DNA of 62,106 nt from a virus (Duplodnaviria; Caudoviricetes), in IMG/VR virus record IMGVR_UViG_3300026530_000001, positions 1-62,106 of that record. One strand, 5' to 3'. The translations under genes and the position numbers were made by a program. Below, in pieces: positions 37,345 through 47,374 of this stretch (position 1 is its first letter; every line of letters begins with the position of its first letter). Under the pieces are notes generated by a model, which had not been told where the DNA came from, did no database searches, and was given only the letters and a program-made list of their open reading frames with translations.

Positions 37345-39039
37345 GTGAAAATTAAACGGCTACTCGGCGCTCTTATTCTTCTCGGAGTCGCGATCACTGC
37401 TCACGCAACTACGATCACGATTTCCTCTACTACGGTCGGTAACTCAACAAACTATCCCGGCTCAACTTGCACTCTGAGGATTTATAGTTCGATCACTTTC
37501 ACCGCCTCTGATGGAACCGTAGTCATGGCCGGTACGCCGGGAAGTGGCGCGTTTTTCAAGTCAGTAGCCTGCACGATCTCCGCTGGAATAATCTCGATCC
37601 CGTCATTTACGATCCCTTCAACCACTGATGCCAGTGATAACCAAAACGCGAAGTACACGGCCGTATTCTTCGACTCGAAGGGTGTTAAGAGAGACACGTT
37701 CTTTGCTGATTTTCCCCTAACCAACACACTGGGGACAACGGTGACGTGGGGACAGATCAGGGTTTACAAGGCTGGGCAGCAACCATTAAGGGACACGTCG
37801 GTCTATACGAAGATTCAAACTGACTTTCAGATTTTGACAGCATTGGGAACGGCTAATGATGCGTCAGATACAGTTAAAGGTCGGACGAAACTCAGCGTTG
37901 CGCCTGCGGTTGCTGCTAATCCGATTGCGGTCGGTAACAACGATCCGCTCTTTACGGGCTCCGCCCAAAAATCCGCAAACCTTTCCGATTTGGCGAGCGC
38001 GTCAACGGCGCGAACGAATTTAGGACTCGGCAACTCTGCCACAAAAAACGTCGGAACAACCGCAGGAACCGTAGCGGCGGGCGATGACTCGCGCATTACA
38101 GGCGCAGCAAACAACACGCTTTCGAATCTCGGAACGACGGCCGTGAACGCGGACTTGCTGCCGGGATCGGCCGACTCGGTTTCTGTTGGCGCGCAAGCAA
38201 ATCGCCTCCTGAGCGTGTCGGCAGACCGGCTCAAGGCTGGAAATCGGGTGAACCATGACCCCGCGCTCATGCCGTCACCCTACGCCTTTTTACCGTCTAC
38301 GTTGCAGGTGTGGGCGAACGATTCAAGTCCGGGCTTAAGTAACAGTAATTGGCTGGTTTGGTTCAGATGTGAAAGCGTTGCCGTCAATAATGAATGTCTA
38401 TTCAGACATCAACATTTCTCGTCAACCCAGGTTCCGCAGCCCATCTTCGCGTTCCTTGCAGCACGCGGGACCGCCGACGTTCCGGTCGGGCTCGTATCAG
38501 GTGATTACCTCGGCATCCTTGACGGTCGAGGGTTCGACGGCTCAGCAGTAGCAACTGCGGAGTACGCCCCAGGCTGGTCAGACACTTCTGCCCAGATGGC
38601 TTTCCAGGCCACGGGAACGTGGAGCGGTACTTCACACCCTTCACGGATAATGTTTAAGACGACCGCGAGCGGATCGATTTCCCCGGTTGAACGAATGGTC
38701 ATCAGCCCCAGCGGCAATGTCGGCATTGGAGATTGGAGCGGCGGCGATCCGGGATCGTCCTTATCCGTCATAGGCTCGGTCACGATGTATACGGGTCACT
38801 TTAATTTCGGCGAAACTCCCAACGACAACGCGGGAACGCTCGTTATTAGCAGCGCAACATCCGTTACCAAAACCTTTGCGAGCGCCTTCAATTCAGCCCC
38901 CGCGTGTACCGTGACCCCGTTGCAAGATATGAGTACGGTGCGTTACTGGATTTCACGGGGCACGACGACAATGACGATCAACGTCTCGTCAAGCGGGACT
39001 TACACGTTCGATTTTCATTGCCTTGGAAATCCTTTCTAA
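37345..39039 (+). CDS. Tail-fibre-like protein with N-terminal signal peptide
   Basis: NLSDLASASTARTNLGLG, VGTTAGTVAAGDDSRI and ERMVISPSGNVGIG fibre motifs; MKIKRLLGALILLGVAITAHA leader. Confidence 0.75.
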   Translation: MKIKRLLGALILLGVAITAHATTITISSTTVGNSTNYPGSTCTLRIYSSITFTASDGTVVMAGTPGSGAFFKSVACTISAGIISIPSFTIPSTTDASDNQNAKYTAVFFDSKGVKRDTFFADFPLTNTLGTTVTWGQIRVYKAGQQPLRDTSVYTKIQTDFQILTALGTANDASDTVKGRTKLSVAPAVAANPIAVGNNDPLFTGSAQKSANLSDLASASTARTNLGLGNSATKNVGTTAGTVAAGDDSRITGAANNTLSNLGTTAVNADLLPGSADSVSVGAQANRLLSVSADRLKAGNRVNHDPALMPSPYAFLPSTLQVWANDSSPGLSNSNWLVWFRCESVAVNNECLFRHQHFSSTQVPQPIFAFLAARGTADVPVGLVSGDYLGILDGRGFDGSAVATAEYAPGWSDTSAQMAFQATGTWSGTSHPSRIMFKTTASGSISPVERMVISPSGNVGIGDWSGGDPGSSLSVIGSVTMYTGHFNFGETPNDNAGTLVISSATSVTKTFASAFNSAPACTVTPLQDMSTVRYWISRGTTTMTINVSSSGTYTFDFHCLGNPF

Positions 39040-39061
39040 AGAATGCTGGAAGGCTAACCCA

Positions 39062-39709
39062 ATGAAACGACTTACAATTCTAATCTTCATTCTTGCCTGT
39101 GCAGGGACGGTATCGGCGCAGAATGCAAGTAAAAACGCTCGCCGCCTCCCTGATAAAAACGGCGTTCCGAGTGGAGCATGTGTCTCTGGGCCTCCGTTCG
39201 TTGATGTGCAACTTGATATTAGTACGACCCCACCGACGCTCCATGTTTGCAAGGCAGGATCGTTTACAGCGACAGCGGGCGGCATCCTCGACGTGGACCA
39301 AACGGCGTGGGCTTCGTGGGCGCCTACATGGACGAATCTAACCGTAGGAAACGGAACCGTCGTTGCGAAGTACAAGCAGATTGGCAAGACGGTTTATTGC
39401 CGTCTCTCAATTGTGCTGGGTAGCACGAGTTCAATCAGCGGCTATGTTCAATTTACACTGCCCGTAACGAGTGTGAGTTATCCAGGTGCCGGCGGGAGTG
39501 GTACGAGCCTAGGTGACGCTGTTATGAACGATGCTGGCGTTGGTGGCTATTCAGGGCACGTACATTGGGTGTCAACGACAACGGTGGGCGTGGTCGCTCT
39601 CGTCGCCAGCGGCACCTATTTAACCTATACAGGAATTTCGGCGACCGTTCCGTTCACCTTCGGCACGAGCGATGAAATCAACGTCCAGTTTTTCTATGAA
39701 GCTGCATAA
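39062..39709 (+). CDS. Fibre-tip-like protein with N-terminal signal peptide
   Basis: W.PTWT....GNG...AKYKQIGKTV...FTLPV fibre-tip pattern; MKRLTILIFILACAGTVSA leader. Confidence 0.7.
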   Translation: MKRLTILIFILACAGTVSAQNASKNARRLPDKNGVPSGACVSGPPFVDVQLDISTTPPTLHVCKAGSFTATAGGILDVDQTAWASWAPTWTNLTVGNGTVVAKYKQIGKTVYCRLSIVLGSTSSISGYVQFTLPVTSVSYPGAGGSGTSLGDAVMNDAGVGGYSGHVHWVSTTTVGVVALVASGTYLTYTGISATVPFTFGTSDEINVQFFYEAA

Positions 39710-40722
39710 GGTGAGAACCATCCCGTCCGCCGAGACAGAGAGCGCACCAGCGCCGAAAGCGTAAAGACTAGCCCGCCATTTCGATAATAGGCGGGTATCC
39801 GTCTAGCGAGCGCCTGCGGGTATATTCCCTGAGCGGCTAATTCGTTTTCCACTTGCTGAACGTCCCACTCTAGAACTCGATCCATGTGTGGTGAAGCCGT
39901 AACTTCAGAGACAATCCCAGACGCTGCCGCAAAGCATGAGCGTCCCGCTAAAAGATGCGCGTGAGCCAATCGGACAAACAGAGGCCAGAAGCCCTCGTAT
40001 GATCTGCCAGCGGCATCCATCAACCGAGTCGTTTCACCAACGGACAATTGCCGCAGATCAACTGCAAGCCTTTCGGGTGGAATCGGTCTTACGACCTTGA
40101 ATCCCACTGTTCCACCAGAGGCTGGCCCGTGCGCGATCTCAAAATATTCTTTCAAGAACTCCATCTGCAAGTGTATCCACGGACAGCCGTAATGGAAGTA
40201 GTCTTGCTGAACGACGATCGCGCCCGGAATTAACGCGCGAAAGAATTCTCGATTGATATGGTTATGAATGTCCCAGTCTTTGTCACAATCGATGAACAGA
40301 AGCTCTATCGGCCCACCTTCCCAGCGTTCCTTTGTAATATCACCTGAATGAATCTCGATGATTTCGCGATACATTGAAGTGTTTTCAAGGAACAGCGGCA
40401 AGAGACTGTCGCCTTGCTTCAGTGTGGACCGTGGTAAAAGTCGCTCCTTAAAATCTGGGAAATATTCAAACAGATCGTAGCTGTGAATGCGCTTTTTGTC
40501 GGGTACTCTGTCGTTATTTGCGAGGCCCGAGGCAAGCGATACGGTCGATCCTCCCAGTAGTGGCCCGGCATCAACTATTTCGCCGTGGCCCTGGTAAACC
40601 TCTCGGGCCAACCAGTGAAGATAGAGCGATTCATCTTCGCAAATCATTGAGGGAATTGGATTGACGCCGTGAACGCCCATTTGAAGCCACGGCGTCGGAT
40701 GGTTTGGGAGTTTAGAAACCAC
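39694..40722 (-). CDS. Class I SAM-dependent methyltransferase (Methyltransf_24-like) moron
   Basis: VDAGPLLGGST, SYDLF, IELLFIDC and VVQQDY motifs. Confidence 0.8.
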   Translation of the reverse strand: MVSKLPNHPTPWLQMGVHGVNPIPSMICEDESLYLHWLAREVYQGHGEIVDAGPLLGGSTVSLASGLANNDRVPDKKRIHSYDLFEYFPDFKERLLPRSTLKQGDSLLPLFLENTSMYREIIEIHSGDITKERWEGGPIELLFIDCDKDWDIHNHINREFFRALIPGAIVVQQDYFHYGCPWIHLQMEFLKEYFEIAHGPASGGTVGFKVVRPIPPERLAVDLRQLSVGETTRLMDAAGRSYEGFWPLFVRLAHAHLLAGRSCFAAASGIVSEVTASPHMDRVLEWDVQQVENELAAQGIYPQALARRIPAYYRNGGLVFTLSALVRSLSRRTGWFSPYAAS

Positions 40723-40756
40723 GGGTTCGGATGCTACCTCTTACTCTCGATTTCAA

Positions 40757-41230
40757 TCAAGCTCGGTCAGCTTCAGAGCGGAGAGCAATGTGTTCTTTGG
40801 CGAGTTGCCGCACCCACGATAAAACGTAGTCGGCGTGGAGGTCTTTATTTGTGACGATAGCCGCATCTCCGAGCGCAGGGATGATCGCCACCAACATCTG
40901 CATTAGTTGCTCCGCGATCCATGTCTCGCCTTCCTGAAGCCTCTCAATCTCTTCTGCTTGTTCAGTTACGAGAGTTGAGAGGCGGCGGAGGTCTTTAGGT
41001 GCGTGGGCGATTAACTTAGCGTTGGCTGCGTGTTCTTTCTCGTCGCGGGCACTGTCATCAAATCCGGGCCACGCAACCACGGCACAACTATCACCATTAG
41101 AGCGAACCTCATTGATGCGGGTTCCAAACTGCGGGCGCAATTTCCCTCGACAGTGCTCCCATGTTCCAGGTGTTGCCTTCTCAAGTCTCGCTCTAACTTC
41201 TTGTAGCCACTTCTCATCTTCAGGATTCAT
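40757..41230 (-). CDS. Ead/Ea22-like hypothetical protein
   Basis: KATPGTW...ANAKLIAHAP.D motif. Confidence 0.6.
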   Translation of the reverse strand: MNPEDEKWLQEVRARLEKATPGTWEHCRGKLRPQFGTRINEVRSNGDSCAVVAWPGFDDSARDEKEHAANAKLIAHAPKDLRRLSTLVTEQAEEIERLQEGETWIAEQLMQMLVAIIPALGDAAIVTNKDLHADYVLSWVRQLAKEHIALRSEADRA

Positions 41231-41658
41231 GGTTGCTCCGTTTCTGTTTGGGTGGTGATCGTTCGGGTTAAGATGCGAAACCCCAGAATCTTCAAGCCTC
41301 GAATTGGCTTATCAAATATCAGCCCTTCTGCCGCAAATTTGTAGGCGCGGGATTTTATTAAATCTGCCTGTTCGGGTGTCGGCTTCTCTGTGAAGTGGAT
41401 TGCCACGCTATTGTTCTCGTGAAAGTTTGGTGGTGTGCACTCTAAGTGCTGAGGCATCATCCATCCATGATCGCCGATTGGCCGCAATTCAATTACATCA
41501 TCCTGAAATGGATCATCTGCAACTTCACGCTCAAATACCGCCGCCTGATCGCCACCGTGCGTTTCCTCATCCCAAACACCTGTCACATAGCCACACAGCT
41601 CGCGCTCGAAATTGCCGGCGTACAGGTTGGTGTCTATCACAAAATCATATTCAACCAT
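41227..41658 (-). CDS. Hypothetical protein
   Basis: AAGGAG RBS; ATGA coupling. Confidence 0.6.
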   Translation of the reverse strand: MVEYDFVIDTNLYAGNFERELCGYVTGVWDEETHGGDQAAVFEREVADDPFQDDVIELRPIGDHGWMMPQHLECTPPNFHENNSVAIHFTEKPTPEQADLIKSRAYKFAAEGLIFDKPIRGLKILGFRILTRTITTQTETEQP

Positions 41659-41702
41659 TACAATTTCTCCTTAGCTCGCCACTCGCGGATGGCTTGCATT
41701 GC

Positions 41703-42857
41703 TTAAAGAGGCATCCATCTATCTATCTCACGGCGCAATATTTCTCTGTGAGCGTGATCGAACCATCCGTCAAAAGGTGGTTGGCACTCTCCACTATAAT
41801 CCTGTGCCCAATGCCCTTCGACTGTTGATCCGTCTTTCAATTTCAAGAGTACATAAGTAGCATTCTTCGGTGCTGACTCCATCGATTGCCACGCCCTCTC
41901 TACTTCATCATCAGCGGTGGAGGCGGCTATTCTTTCAATGTCCGCAAGGCTCACTGGTTGAATCTGTTTCTGTTTGCCAACCTGAACGACTTGATTGAAC
42001 GTAACTCCCGCCTCTGACAAGTTAGATAGCCAACGTCGAAGGTCAGAGCGAGCGGCTATGTCAGCACGGGCGGCGATGTCCCAACTCTTCCTGTGCCAGT
42101 CGGACAGGCGTTCGTCCATTTGTGCTTCTGTTTCAGGGTTGCAGTGGAGGTTCTTAACGCATTCCAGATAGAAGTCTAGCCATCGTCTGCGAAATCGCTC
42201 ATCAGGATGTTTGTAGCCGAGAATCTCGCAGCCAAGCATTAAGTGCTGATAGCCATGATGAGGCAAACCATCAACGCCATCGAAGAAGTCGGCTACATCC
42301 TGTGACCACAGCACATCGTCAGCAAACCGATCCAGACTCATAAAGGAATCAGCCTTCTCTCCATAGTCAAGTAGTCGGCCACACTTCGCAGCCTTGAATA
42401 CGGTCGCTCGATAAGCGCGTTGAATAGCCTTACAACGATGTACTTTCTCGATTCCATCCGAACCACGCGCACCTAAAAACAGCACGCTCTGTTGCTGCAA
42501 AGGCAAACTCAGACACCATTCCGGCTGAACTGAAATTCGCTCTGGCGGCGGTGCGTCGGGTACTGTGCTACATCGTTCGCACGGATCGCTTTCAGTGAAT
42601 CCTAATCCTTCACGACATACAGAGCATTTGCGACGTTTGTATCCCGCGTCGGGTACTGTGTTACTCGCTACTGGTTTTTGAGGTGTTGGCTCAATTGTCT
42701 CTTTGCATATTCGCCGCGCATCTTCGATGTTGTTAGCTAGAACACGTGACCACGCTTTGCCCCAATCCTTCGTCTCGCCTCCCTGCGAAATGAAAAAGTC
42801 CAAGTCTTTAACGAAGCATGCACCAGCCCAATTCTTATGAACCATGAAAACAGGCAT
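41703..42857 (-). CDS. Mosaic hypothetical protein with DUF551-like C-terminus
   Basis: WQSMESAPK...WMPL; duplicated STVPDA junction. Confidence 0.6.
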   Translation of the reverse strand: MPVFMVHKNWAGACFVKDLDFFISQGGETKDWGKAWSRVLANNIEDARRICKETIEPTPQKPVASNTVPDAGYKRRKCSVCREGLGFTESDPCERCSTVPDAPPPERISVQPEWCLSLPLQQQSVLFLGARGSDGIEKVHRCKAIQRAYRATVFKAAKCGRLLDYGEKADSFMSLDRFADDVLWSQDVADFFDGVDGLPHHGYQHLMLGCEILGYKHPDERFRRRWLDFYLECVKNLHCNPETEAQMDERLSDWHRKSWDIAARADIAARSDLRRWLSNLSEAGVTFNQVVQVGKQKQIQPVSLADIERIAASTADDEVERAWQSMESAPKNATYVLLKLKDGSTVEGHWAQDYSGECQPPFDGWFDHAHREILRREIDRWMPL

Positions 42858-43180
42858 TAGATTCTCTTCTTTCCGCCGTGATGGTAGCCACGGCCTCGAT
42901 TAACTTTCAGTTTTGCGGCCACAGTCGCGTCGAAATCAGGATCGACAGCAACAACACAGTCAAGAACTCTAATAAGCACGTCTGCCATTTCCTCCTTGAA
43001 ATGCTCAACGTCGCCTTCGCGGAACGCTTCAAGTGCCTCGGCTGCTTCCGAGACGATCAACATCAACACAGCAGGAAATTTATACTTATCCGCAAACTCT
43101 TCAGCCTTCGTTACGCTCCAGCCATTCGCTGCGTTAATTTCTCGAATCTCGTTAGCTAATTGCTGTAACGGTTTGCTCAT
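42857..43180 (-). CDS. MazG-like nucleotide pyrophosphohydrolase
   Basis: EAAEALEA...EEMADVLIRVLD. Confidence 0.85.
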   Translation of the reverse strand: MSKPLQQLANEIREINAANGWSVTKAEEFADKYKFPAVLMLIVSEAAEALEAFREGDVEHFKEEMADVLIRVLDCVVAVDPDFDATVAAKLKVNRGRGYHHGGKKRI

Positions 43181-43265
43181 CTATTTCTCCTTGTCAATCA
43201 AACGCACTCGGCATTCGTAGGCGTCAGTTAATCCGCCCCGACCGCGCGCTTGTCACCGCTTGCCT

Positions 43266-43532
43266 TCATAGGCCCATTGCGGCCAACGCATCGCTTGCTA
43301 ATTGCAGGCTCAGTGAGTCTTTCACGTGCCGCGTTACTGCGTACATTGTCCATCCGCAGTTTGTTTTGCTCGGCCTAGAAAGAGCTTTCGATAGACGCTC
43401 GCGATCTTGCCGCGACATCCCCTTGATTTTTGAATCGACGGCAATCAGCATCTTGCAATATTCTTCATCGAAAGGGCGCAGGATGTCTTTCCACGTCTGC
43501 CGCTTCTGGCGAATCTTTTTCTTGGCTGTCAT
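43266..43532 (-). CDS. Hypothetical protein
   Basis: RBS; leftward operon. Confidence 0.55.
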   Translation of the reverse strand: MTAKKKIRQKRQTWKDILRPFDEEYCKMLIAVDSKIKGMSRQDRERLSKALSRPSKTNCGWTMYAVTRHVKDSLSLQLASDALAAMGL

Positions 43533-43552
43533 TTCCTTCTCCCCTCGCCGCT

Positions 43553-44089
43553 TCAGCGGCTGCGTATCAAAATCAGATCAAAGTTAATGCTGCCGTGGTC
43601 TAGCACGTGTAGCAAGTACAGCGCATCCTCGATTTCCTCGGCAGTCAAGTCACGTTTCCGCGCGTCCTCGGTTAGTCCGATTGAAAACACGATATTTCCG
43701 TGACGTGGCCCCATGCCGTATCGATGATCTTCGCGCTGATCTCCGAAACTGTCGTAATTTTTGACGCCGATGTATTTCTCTTTTAGTTTGGCGGGCGATT
43801 CGGCGAGTAATTGCTTTGCGTAGGCGATTGCGTTTGGGCGAGTATCGCGGCCGTGCGTTCCGTCTCGGTCGAGAACGGCCTTGGTGCTGTCGCCGCTCAC
43901 GCGAAGAACCTTGCAGGCGCGATCTATGCGCATAACGTCAACGCCCTGCGTTAATAGCGATGTTCGCTGAATAAGTTCGGATATATGGGCTTCATAGGCA
44001 GCTAACCACGATTGATGTTCAGCGGTGCGCTTGTCTTTCTCGCGGAGCAAATCCGCCTTGGCTCGTTCAATTTCAGCAAATGTATTCAT
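43553..44089 (-). CDS. Hypothetical protein
   Basis: GGAGG RBS; KNYDSF.DQR.D..YGMGP.HG.IVF.I motif. Confidence 0.6.
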   Translation of the reverse strand: MNTFAEIERAKADLLREKDKRTAEHQSWLAAYEAHISELIQRTSLLTQGVDVMRIDRACKVLRVSGDSTKAVLDRDGTHGRDTRPNAIAYAKQLLAESPAKLKEKYIGVKNYDSFGDQREDHRYGMGPRHGNIVFSIGLTEDARKRDLTAEEIEDALYLLHVLDHGSINFDLILIRSR

Positions 44090-44159
44090 CTCTCTACCTC
44101 CGGCGCAAAGCGCCCTCAATTACTTTCCAGAATCGGTCGTCCTAATCGACCCTTTGGTT

Positions 44160-44420
44160 TCAGACCTCGAATCCCTTGAACTCGCTTTCGCTCGAAATCT
44201 CAGTAACAACATCCCCCCGAAGTCGCAGAGCGTAGCCAGTGAGTCTGCCGCCGCTTGTCAGTAGTACGTCCTCGCCACGCTCAAGCGCAGCGTCCGCTTC
44301 GCAGCAAGCCAACTCGTTCACGGCAATTCCGCGTCCGGCATGGAACTCAAGCAGAACACCCTCACTCCATTTAACGTATTCAGCGCGTTCTACTGTTAGC
44401 GCCCGCATTGCTGTTGCCAT
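44160..44420 (-). CDS. Hypothetical protein
   Basis: GAGGAG RBS. Confidence 0.55.
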   Translation of the reverse strand: MATAMRALTVERAEYVKWSEGVLLEFHAGRGIAVNELACCEADAALERGEDVLLTSGGRLTGYALRLRGDVVTEISSESEFKGFEV

Positions 44421-44473
44421 CTTTCCTCCTCGCGCGTTCACGCGCACAAACTTACTTTCACAATAACGGGCGT

Positions 44474-44854
44474 CTAAGAATGCCCTTTGGTTTCATTCCC
44501 TGAATCTGTCTTTACCGCTGCTAGAGCCTTGCGAGCGGCGTCCCGCGCTTGCGCGTTATATACAGAGCCGAACGGATTAATCATCGCGGCCTTTTCCAGT
44601 GCTGCTACTACTTCATCAAAGTGGGCGTCTCGGTTTACTGCGCGAACGATCAACTCCGCGTTGGCTTTCGATGTGTGGCCATATTTATTTTCGTAGGTGT
44701 GATGAACTTCGCACACGTCGCTAGCGGACTTATCCGTAGCCGACTTAATGAAGTAGCGATCCCCTGAGCGCGGACTTTCGTGGTCAAGGCGATGCTGCGC
44801 ATCTTCTGGCATCAACCCGAATGTCCACGGTCGCGGTGTTGCTTTATCTGTCAT
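44474..44854 (-). CDS. Hypothetical phage protein
   Basis: ATPRPW...ANAELIVRAVN motif. Confidence 0.6.
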   Translation of the reverse strand: MTDKATPRPWTFGLMPEDAQHRLDHESPRSGDRYFIKSATDKSASDVCEVHHTYENKYGHTSKANAELIVRAVNRDAHFDEVVAALEKAAMINPFGSVYNAQARDAARKALAAVKTDSGNETKGHS

Positions 44855-45102
44855 GATTGCTCCTCAACCTTTCCTTGCGCGCTCAACAACTTCCCTTCAA
44901 TTAACTTCAATCCTTTGTCTGTAACTACTGCCTGCGATCCTTCTCTTTCAATCAAGCCCCTCTCCAAGAAGTCATGGATGATCGCATTAGAGATGAATCG
45001 GTTAGGTTTTATGAATCCTGTATCGGCATAGACAATCTCGGCGGGACCGCGATCAGCAATTAACGATAGGATTTCTAAGCGTCCGTTGAGAGGTTTGCTC
45101 AT
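44851..45102 (-). CDS. Small winged-helix protein
   Basis: LERGLIE...VTDKG. Confidence 0.55.
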   Translation of the reverse strand: MSKPLNGRLEILSLIADRGPAEIVYADTGFIKPNRFISNAIIHDFLERGLIEREGSQAVVTDKGLKLIEGKLLSAQGKVEEQS

Positions 45103-45539
45103 GCTGCTTTCTTTGCGGCCTCCATCGCCGGAGTGATCATTCCGCCGTGTCGATTGATGGCGTGCATGACGGCAACTTCCATCGTTTCATGGTCGTATTT
45201 CTCGTCCAAAATTCTATGAACCTTTCGGCATCCCAGGGCCACGGCGTAGATGTCGTCACCCTCCATTTCGCGACGCTTCTTTGAGTGGCACGGATCGAGC
45301 GGTCCCTCGCATTCATGGATGATGAAATCGAATTCACAATGCGTTCTGCCGGCAGCTTCGAGACGGGGCTTCAACCAAGCCCAGACGCGACGCCATTCCT
45401 TCATGCGACGCCCCGCACCGATGCGCCTTGCCCGCTCAGGGCGTCCATTTCGCGGAAGGGACTCGGTAGCCTTGCGACGGGCTAGAGCCTTCTCAAGAGC
45501 CGCTTTGTAATCGAGTTTTTGGAATCCGCTGCGTTTCAT
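45099..45539 (-). CDS. HNH-like/recombination-associated Zn protein
   Basis: C...C.GPLDPCHSKKRR...GCRKVH. Confidence 0.55.
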   Translation of the reverse strand: MKRSGFQKLDYKAALEKALARRKATESLPRNGRPERARRIGAGRRMKEWRRVWAWLKPRLEAAGRTHCEFDFIIHECEGPLDPCHSKKRREMEGDDIYAVALGCRKVHRILDEKYDHETMEVAVMHAINRHGGMITPAMEAAKKAA

Positions 45540-45617
45540 TTATGCGCAACCAAAGGGAACTCTCAAGGCGTCCGTTTACTGTCTAGTTGTGTGGCGAGCT
45601 TTCCGCTCGCAAAGTCC

Positions 45618-46487
45618 TCACTTGCCGCAGAGCAACCCGCAGCTTGTTAAGGCAATCTCCGTGTCGCCAGTCTCACCCCACAGATTCACCGTGAACCATT
45701 GTTGAATTTCTAAGGCAACCTCTTTCGCGCGGCGATCAAGAATCTGCTTTCTGCGGTTTACGATTTCATCGAAGAAATATCCATCACGAAACGAGTAGGA
45801 ATTCTTGCGCCGTTTCCCCGTTGTGCGCTCAAGCCAGCTTGTTCGCCACAGTAAGTCAGGGTGCGTTTCGGCAAGCCAAAGAATTTCGTACTGACGTTGA
45901 TAAAAACAAAAGAAGCAATTCGCGCGAGTCCGTCCTGAAAATAGTTGTCTGAATTTCCATTCGGGCAACTCGTCGCAATAATGAGCACCAAACCAAAGCA
46001 ATTCTTTGACGCGGTAGTAAAGCGAAGTCCAAAAGAAATCTGGCGGCAATAACCCTTGATTCTTAAGGATTAGCCAAACACCATTCAGATCGATTCCTGA
46101 TTCCATGAGAGGATAAATGTGTGTCCAGCCGTCTGAGGGGCGCGCGCCAACGCGATTTTCATCGGCTCTTAGGCCGTAATAAACCGTCACGTCCGACTTG
46201 CCGTAGTAGCGCTCCATTGGTTCGATCTTGCTTCGCCGCGTACAAAACCGAATCTGGCTGGACGGCAACATATCCTCGTCTTGAATGATCGCCTCCAGCG
46301 ACTTCCCGATGCGCGTTAAAGTCCATCCGGTCTGAATCTCAACCCGATCTAGCCAGTCGTAGGTTTCGGGCAATTCACAACCTGTATCATTAAAGAAAAA
46401 CTCGTAAGGCAAGTCGGGTTGCCGCGCGGTTTGGATCAACGCGCAAGCAAGTGAGTCTTTTCCTGAAATTGGAATTAGATGGCGCAC
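45618..46487 (-). CDS. PAPS-reductase-family protein
   Basis: ISGKDS, DTGCE.PETY, RFCT...KIEP, GLRADE and CFFCFYQ motifs. Confidence 0.85.
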   Translation of the reverse strand: MRHLIPISGKDSLACALIQTARQPDLPYEFFFNDTGCELPETYDWLDRVEIQTGWTLTRIGKSLEAIIQDEDMLPSSQIRFCTRRSKIEPMERYYGKSDVTVYYGLRADENRVGARPSDGWTHIYPLMESGIDLNGVWLILKNQGLLPPDFFWTSLYYRVKELLWFGAHYCDELPEWKFRQLFSGRTRANCFFCFYQRQYEILWLAETHPDLLWRTSWLERTTGKRRKNSYSFRDGYFFDEIVNRRKQILDRRAKEVALEIQQWFTVNLWGETGDTEIALTSCGLLCGK

Positions 46488-46488
46488 C

Positions 46489-46647
46489 TTAATAACTTCT
46501 TTCGCGGCGTCCGCAAAGCCGACAAACGCTTAACGTAAATTCCTTTGAGTAGAATAAATGGCCCCACTTGTCGCGGTAGGGCATCGGCCCCACGACATCA
46601 AAATGACCAAACAAAAAACAGATTTCTTTAATCAGCGCCTTCAACAT
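46489..46647 (-). CDS. Small DUF1660-like Zn protein, 52 aa, not in ORF track
   Basis: ICFLFGH...CRLCGR. Confidence 0.55.
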   Translation of the reverse strand: MLKALIKEICFLFGHFDVVGPMPYRDKWGHLFYSKEFTLSVCRLCGRRERSY

Positions 46648-46792
46648 CGTAATCACACGCGCAACAATGGCCTTCCACGAACGCTAATTCATTGCACATC
46701 GGGCAGTAATCTTCCTTTTCATCTTCTGGCTCGCTCTCGTCCAGAAAATGTGGATCGTTATCAGTTACGCCCGCAGGATAATTGCCGCTCAT
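46628..46792 (-). CDS. Small acidic Cys-rich protein, 54 aa, not in ORF track
   Basis: MSGNYPAGVTDNDPHF...CPMC...CCAC; GAGGT RBS. Confidence 0.6.
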   Translation of the reverse strand: MSGNYPAGVTDNDPHFLDESEPEDEKEDYCPMCNELAFVEGHCCACDYDVEGAD

Positions 46793-47047
46793 TTGCTTTA
46801 CCTCTGCCGTTTACGGCTCGTGCTCCCCAAAGGCAACCACGCGCCCTAATCCACCGCGGTGTTCTACACTGCTTCTCTCTCTGCTCTACGTGCGAAAAAC
46901 TACTATTCAAGTTAATGCTGCAAACTACCCTCGGCTGCTATCGTCGTTATCCCCGCGTCCCGCGCTTCAGCCCGTAACGACGATCTGACGTGTCGTTTAG
47001 CTTGTGGCGTTTGAAGCCCTTTTGTTTGAATGTGCTATTGAAACGAT

Positions 47048-47374
47048 TCATACGAGATTGCCTTCGTAGTCCACCTGGAAATTAACAACTCGCTTCACGC
47101 CGCGAACGTTTTCAAGTGGCTTGATCGTGTCAAGAATCTGGCGGGATTCCTCGCTGTCCCACCACGCAGCGTGTTCTTTGCTTCCCATGAACTTTGAAGG
47201 GATGCCGCCATTCGGCGCGAGCGTGATTAGCCACGGCGGGCCTTGCGCGTCGATGCGGATAAAGCATCGGTGCTTATCTGAGTACCCATAGCCGAGACGA
47301 AAGCCGCGCAGAACACTCCCGAACGTGACAAACCGTTCAGCCATGCCGCCCTTAAACGGTGGGTGCTTTGCCAT
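47048..47374 (-). CDS. Hypothetical protein
   Basis: Abuts the upstream stop codon. Confidence 0.55.
   Translation of the reverse strand: MAKHPPFKGGMAERFVTFGSVLRGFRLGYGYSDKHRCFIRIDAQGPPWLITLAPNGGIPSKFMGSKEHAAWWDSEESRQILDTIKPLENVRGVKRVVNFQVDYEGNLV

Noticed and set aside
46558-46977. Plus-strand 139-aa ORF and the AACGTAAA at 46532
   Set aside because: The region is tiled by better minus-strand small ORFs, and there is no TAnnnT at N14
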